This document shows positions 47,479 through 51,516 of a stretch of DNA of 51,516 nucleotides, piece after piece (the stretch's first letter is position 1; every line of letters starts with the position of its first letter). The DNA is taken from the NCBI GenBank assembly GCA_050012755.1, contig JBEKGO010000015.1:1-51516 (forward strand). The letters run 5' to 3'. This DNA is from Candidatus Bathyarchaeia archaeon. GTDB lineage: Archaea > Thermoproteota > Bathyarchaeia > Bathyarchaeales > Bathycorpusculaceae. The notes under the pieces were generated by a model. That model was not told where the DNA came from. It worked only from the letters and a program-made list of their open reading frames with translations, and ran no database searches. The position numbers were made by a program, and so were the translations under genes.

Positions 47479-47817
47479 CTACTTCAAAGTCCTACTCTCA
47501 TTTAGAAGCTCAACAATAGAGTGCAATTTTGAGGTTTCTATGATTTTGCGACCGCCAGCTAAGAAAACTCTCAACTCTTCAACAGTTTCAGGAAGACAAT
47601 TTATGACTTGAATTGCTTCAACTTCATCAATTCCGTATTCTTTAACAAGCGTTTGAAGAAGCTCTTCAGCTTTTTCAGGGTCCACTTTGGAGAATTTGTT
47701 TACATAATCAAGAGTTCTTCGTTGTAATTGGTCTAGATTTTCCTCGCCAACTAACTCTAATGCTTTCTTGACTTGCGGTAGGGTCAAGCGGCTTTCGCTT
47801 ATTTCTCTCTTACTCAT
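47479..47817 (-). CDS. rpo4: RNA polymerase subunit Rpo4 (F)
   Basis: QRRTLDYVNKFSK, IN.LPETVEELR; position after rpl21e. Confidence 0.9.
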   Translation of the reverse strand: MSKREISESRLTLPQVKKALELVGEENLDQLQRRTLDYVNKFSKVDPEKAEELLQTLVKEYGIDEVEAIQVINCLPETVEELRVFLAGGRKIIETSKLHSIVELLNESRTLK

Positions 47818-47822
47818 TTCCC

Positions 47823-48119
47823 TCACTTACCTGTATAAGGCTCTAGATGTTCTGCACGAGTGATGATTTCTTTGATGCTATTGCCTTGAGGGACGGTAAT
47901 TACGTATCCGCGTCCACGCTTCTCTTTTATTACACCTATTTTACCGTGGAACCGTTTATGAGGCATACTCTTCTGCACGCTAGAATCCATCTTTATTATA
48001 ACTTGAGACCCAGGCAGATACTCTTGAAGTATTTTGCCAATGTTTGGCTTGCCTTTTTCTCGGGTTGGTTTTTTCAGTAAACTGCGAGTGCCAGTGTAAT
48101 ATCCTTTTGAACCCTTCAT
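47823..48119 (-). CDS. rpl21e: 50S ribosomal protein L21e
   Basis: SKGY..GTR.LL.K, MPHKRFHGKIG, EHL. Confidence 0.95.
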   Translation of the reverse strand: MKGSKGYYTGTRSLLKKPTREKGKPNIGKILQEYLPGSQVIIKMDSSVQKSMPHKRFHGKIGVIKEKRGRGYVITVPQGNSIKEIITRAEHLEPYTGK

Positions 48120-48133
48120 TCAATTTTCACCTT

Positions 48134-49465
48134 TTAATCCATTATTACTTTTAAAACGTCAAGCTTAAGCGTCTTCGCTCTGTTTTTGAGCAAATCCGAA
48201 ACGTTTGGTATTGTTCGACCTTCATCTCCAGACACCAATTCTTTGACATAGAGACCGCCTTGGCAACGAATTTCCAATAGAGCCCTCTTAAGCGACACCT
48301 TCTTAACTTTAAGCTTATATATGTACCTTTCTCGAATTAAATCCGCCCTTCTATGCATAACGCGTAGAGGCGTCTGCTGTTTAATTGTGGCTCCAGTGAG
48401 CTTCTCTTCTAACATTCTCAGATCCTCATCAGAAACTGGGTTCTCAAATTCGGCAAGTAACCGATATTCCTTCTGAGCGCTCTCACCTTTCTTGAGGTGC
48501 CTAACCACATCTTTAGTGGCAAAGCGTAATCTTGAAACCTCGACTTTACCTACTGCTCCTGCATTGATTTTGGCTTCAATTTCTTTCAAATCAATAGACC
48601 GTTTCTTAGGCTCAGAAACCTCAATAACAAAAGGACGCCCAGTTCCAAGCATTCGAGCGTCTATGTCTTCGCGGCCAGAAGCGTGAAATAGTGTTTTTTG
48701 CCCTTCAGCTGCTTCAAGCAGTTGTTTTGAAGTTAGTTCCTCAACTGATTCAGGATACATTTTGCCTGTTCCACCGCATTTCTCGCATCCTCTTCCTCGG
48801 CAACTTGAACAGAACCATTTTGACTGTGGGATATCCCGGACTAGTTTGCGGTATCTGCCGCCGACAAAAAGCGGGTTAACCTGAAGGCGCACGCTTTCTC
48901 GAAAAGGATTGATCACCACAACTATGTCAGGGATTAAGTAATCTGCTTCTTTACCTGTTCGTAAAGCAAGTGCTTTACCAAATAATCGGCCAAATTCATG
49001 ATTCATGCTTTCGCTGTAGCCAAGGTTGAAGTTAGCTTTGAACTCGTCCTCGCGTTCTTCGACTTTAACAGGTACTTCGACGCCTACAAGAAAAGTTGTA
49101 AATTCGTAACTCTCAATAGCTGCTGAAGATTTCTCAATTAAGCTGTTTAGAAGCTCAAATTTGCCTTCACAAAGATAGCACTTTCTTTCTGAGACCTGTT
49201 TTTGAATTCTTTTTTTGAGATGCTTTAAGGTTTCTTGGGCTTCTCGTGAAAAACCATTTGTTGCCAAAACTTTTAGCCGTTTTACGCCCTCAACATTTTT
49301 TTCTTTGGCCAACTCGTTAGCTTGCAGGGTTAAACTGATTTTTAACGCTGAGCCACGCACATTGTTTTCCATGCTGTAGCCAAGCAACGCAAATTGTCTT
49401 CCGAGGCAGTGGTCGCAGAGAGGATATTTGCTAAGAAGTTCAAACGCTTTTTTCAAAACATCCAT
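48134..49465 (-). CDS. pus10: tRNA pseudouridine(54/55) synthase Pus10
   Basis: LCDHCLGR, GRYRKL.R.IPQ, HASGREDIDARMLG.GRPF, QQTP.RV.HRRAD, GLYVKEL.SGD.GRT.P. Confidence 0.95.
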   Translation of the reverse strand: MDVLKKAFELLSKYPLCDHCLGRQFALLGYSMENNVRGSALKISLTLQANELAKEKNVEGVKRLKVLATNGFSREAQETLKHLKKRIQKQVSERKCYLCEGKFELLNSLIEKSSAAIESYEFTTFLVGVEVPVKVEEREDEFKANFNLGYSESMNHEFGRLFGKALALRTGKEADYLIPDIVVVINPFRESVRLQVNPLFVGGRYRKLVRDIPQSKWFCSSCRGRGCEKCGGTGKMYPESVEELTSKQLLEAAEGQKTLFHASGREDIDARMLGTGRPFVIEVSEPKKRSIDLKEIEAKINAGAVGKVEVSRLRFATKDVVRHLKKGESAQKEYRLLAEFENPVSDEDLRMLEEKLTGATIKQQTPLRVMHRRADLIRERYIYKLKVKKVSLKRALLEIRCQGGLYVKELVSGDEGRTIPNVSDLLKNRAKTLKLDVLKVIMD

Positions 49466-49470
49466 GTCAT

Positions 49471-50817
49471 TTAGCCTACTGGAAAATTAGCGGGCATTCC
49501 CTTTCCGCCAAGCCCGAAGGGCAGTTTCTTTTTGCGTTTAAACGTCTTTAGCATTTTACGCATCATGAAATACTGTTTGACAAGTTCTTTAACGTCTTTT
49601 TCTGTTGTTCCGGAGCCTCGTGCTATTCGTCTTGCTCTTGAAGAATTCAATATCTTCGGGTTTTCTTTTTCTTTAGGTGTCATGGACTGAATTATTACTT
49701 GCCATTTTTCCAAGCGACCCTCAGCAGTATTCAACATCTCGTCAGGCACGTTAGAAGACATACCAGGCAACATCTGGAGCACTTTCTTGAATGGACCCAT
49801 ACCTTTGACGGCAGCAAACTGCTCGTACATGTCTGTGAGGGTAAAGTTGCCACTCATTATTTCTTTGGCTTTTTTTGGCGGAACCTTAATTTCAGCTTCA
49901 TGCACCTTTTCCAAAAGCGTTTCCAAATCGCCCATGCCCAAGAGCCGACCAACAAAACGTGAGGGAATAAACGCTTCTACATCTTCGATTTTTTCGCCTG
50001 TGCCAATAAACTTTATTGGTGCACCTGTTGCTGCAACGGCTGAAAGTGCGCCTCCTCCACGAGAAGTCCCATCAAGTTTAGTAACTATAATTGCCCCAAT
50101 CGGTGTCGCCTCATGGAACGTTTTGGCTTGGATAAGAGCTTGCTGACCAATGGTGCCGTCAATAACCATTATGACTTCGTCAGGCTTAATGTTCTTTTCA
50201 AGGTCTTTCATTTCCTTGATTAACTCTTTCTCTTCTTTGTGCCTGCCCGATGTGTCAATGATTAATAGGTCCTTGTCGCCGAATTGTTTTAACCCTTCTT
50301 TGACGACCTTTACTGGATTTTTTTCTTTCAGGTCGCCGTAAATAGGAACGTTTATTCTGGCTGCCAATTGCTGAAGCTGAGCATATGCCCCCGGGCGAAA
50401 AGTGTCAGCGCAAATTAAAGCTGGCTTTAAACCTCTTTTCTGGAAGTACCGGGCCAGTTTGGCTGCGTGAGTAGTTTTGCCTGAGCCTTGAATTCCGACT
50501 AGCATTATGATCTTTCTTTTGCCAGGCTCCACCTTGAGTGGAACCGGTTTATCCCCTACAAAGCGAGTTAGTTCTTCATAGACGACTTTTATTACGTGCT
50601 CGCGTCTGGAAATGCCAGGGGGAACTTTTTCTTTTAGTGCTCGTTCCTCAATTCTCTTAGAGATTTCAAGAACAAGTTGGACGTTAACGTCAGATTGAAG
50701 TAAGGCTCTTTGTATGTCGCGGACAAGTTCTTTCACTGCAGCTTCGTCCACTACGCCAGCTTTAAACAGCTTTTTTATAGCGTCAGTTAAAGAAGAACCT
50801 AACTTTTCTAATGCCAT
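49471..50817 (-). CDS. srp54: Signal recognition particle protein SRP54
   Basis: GIQGSGKTT, DTFRPGA, DTSGRH, TKLDG, Met-rich M domain, RIARGSG. Confidence 0.97.
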   Translation of the reverse strand: MALEKLGSSLTDAIKKLFKAGVVDEAAVKELVRDIQRALLQSDVNVQLVLEISKRIEERALKEKVPPGISRREHVIKVVYEELTRFVGDKPVPLKVEPGKRKIIMLVGIQGSGKTTHAAKLARYFQKRGLKPALICADTFRPGAYAQLQQLAARINVPIYGDLKEKNPVKVVKEGLKQFGDKDLLIIDTSGRHKEEKELIKEMKDLEKNIKPDEVIMVIDGTIGQQALIQAKTFHEATPIGAIIVTKLDGTSRGGGALSAVAATGAPIKFIGTGEKIEDVEAFIPSRFVGRLLGMGDLETLLEKVHEAEIKVPPKKAKEIMSGNFTLTDMYEQFAAVKGMGPFKKVLQMLPGMSSNVPDEMLNTAEGRLEKWQVIIQSMTPKEKENPKILNSSRARRIARGSGTTEKDVKELVKQYFMMRKMLKTFKRKKKLPFGLGGKGMPANFPVG

Positions 50818-50899
50818 CGGAGTCTCTCAGCCATAATCATTCTACTGTTCCTTTAGATAAATATTACAGCAATAAAGTCGAAGAAACACCTAAAATTGG

Positions 50900-51003
50900 A
50901 TCTCAGAGCGCCGCATCTTTGAAGCCTCAGTTCCCCATTGTAATTATTCTTCACAATTCAGACGGCTCTTCATGCATCATTGGCTTCATCACAGAAAGCT
51001 CCG
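50900..51003 (-). ncRNA. Candidate box C/D sRNA
   Basis: Minus strand: C box GTGATGA (50992-50986), D' CTGA (50961-50958), C' TGAAGA (50953-50948), D CTGA (50930-50927), extra CTGA (50906-50903); TATA-like element near 51035. Confidence 0.6.
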
Positions 51004-51075
51004 ACTAGAAAATAAACGTTGACAGAAAATCTTTTAACAATATGTGGAAATAGTGGTACAACTTGGGAGTAAAAG

Positions 51076-51276
51076 ATGACAACAGAACGGGTAATTCACG
51101 CAAGCATTTTTATGCTATTACTTATTGGTTTTTCAGTCTTAATTAGTTGGGCAAGCTACAATTACTTGCAAAGCAACCTTGTACTGGTAATTGGAAGTAT
51201 CCCGTTGGGATGGGGAATAATTCTGTTAGCGATGTATCTGAGCTTCAAGCGGCTAGGCTGGAATTGGTGGAGCTAG
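51076..51276 (+). CDS. Small two-TM membrane protein
   Basis: Two hydrophobic segments, ATG after GGGAG. Confidence 0.6.
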   Translation: MTTERVIHASIFMLLLIGFSVLISWASYNYLQSNLVLVIGSIPLGWGIILLAMYLSFKRLGWNWWS

Positions 51277-51414
51277 AACATTTTTGTGCTGATTTCCGTC
51301 GGCAATATTGCTGAAGACGTTAGAACATCATCCCAAGCACCTAATTGAGTCATAGGGCAAGAAAAGTTTAATCGATTCGTGAACCATTAAAATGTGATAA
51401 GTAAGGTGAAAATA

Positions 51415-51516
51415 ATGGTTAATAAAAAATTGGAACTTGTGTTCATCGACAAGGAAGGAAAATGGTATCCTTTAGACGAAGTTGATCGAGACGAATTAGC
51501 GCAAGGTTTAGAGAAA
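51415..51516 (+). CDS. Partial hypothetical protein running off the window end
   Basis: ATG after AGGTGA; MVNKKLELVFIDKEGKWYPLDEVDRDELAQGLEK... open to the end. Confidence 0.55.
   Translation, partial: MVNKKLELVFIDKEGKWYPLDEVDRDELAQGLEK

Noticed and set aside
50811-51008. 65-aa plus-strand ORF upstream of srp54
   Set aside because: Overlaps the srp54 start and is antisense to the C/D box pattern; no protein-like features

Overview
A dense core-genome segment of a TACK-group archaeon. Gene content best fits Bathyarchaeia; this is inferred from the GINS23-MCM pair, a thaumarchaeosortase-like gene, stand-alone rpo12 and frequent TTG/GTG starts. The left end holds tRNA-Leu(GAG) with a duplicated 3' half 1.4 kb away, flanking a lone archaeal ATPase gene (an integrase-less relic islet). 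Next come bacterial-type cysK-cysE, an Lrp regulator, guaA, a nucleotide-sugar cluster, Trm112/Trm5-like/Taw1 tRNA-modification genes, a large surface protein, translin-endoV-tRNA-binding protein, RFC S/L, GDH, GINS23-MCM and wecB. The right half is the conserved information-processing superoperon on the minus strand: srp54-pus10-L21e-rpo4-DUF655-ksgA-hemK, then L10e-ppsA-dph2-METTL5-csl4-rpo11-DUF99-tfs-PCNA-priL-priS-gins15-L44e-S27e-nop10-PAC2. Features read directly from the DNA that the ORF track lacks: rpo12, nop10, a 34-codon internally deleted remnant of aIF2-alpha in its ancestral slot, two tandem ~50-aa Cren7-like zinc-ribbon genes with conserved promoters, and a candidate box C/D RNA upstream of srp54. 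Other oddities are an intact but apparently catalytically dead UDP-sugar dehydrogenase, and Dol-P-Man synthase, GT-C glycosyltransferase and archaeosortase genes inserted into the replication operon. No CRISPR array, rRNA, transposase or integrase was seen. All family calls are by motif recognition, not database search.
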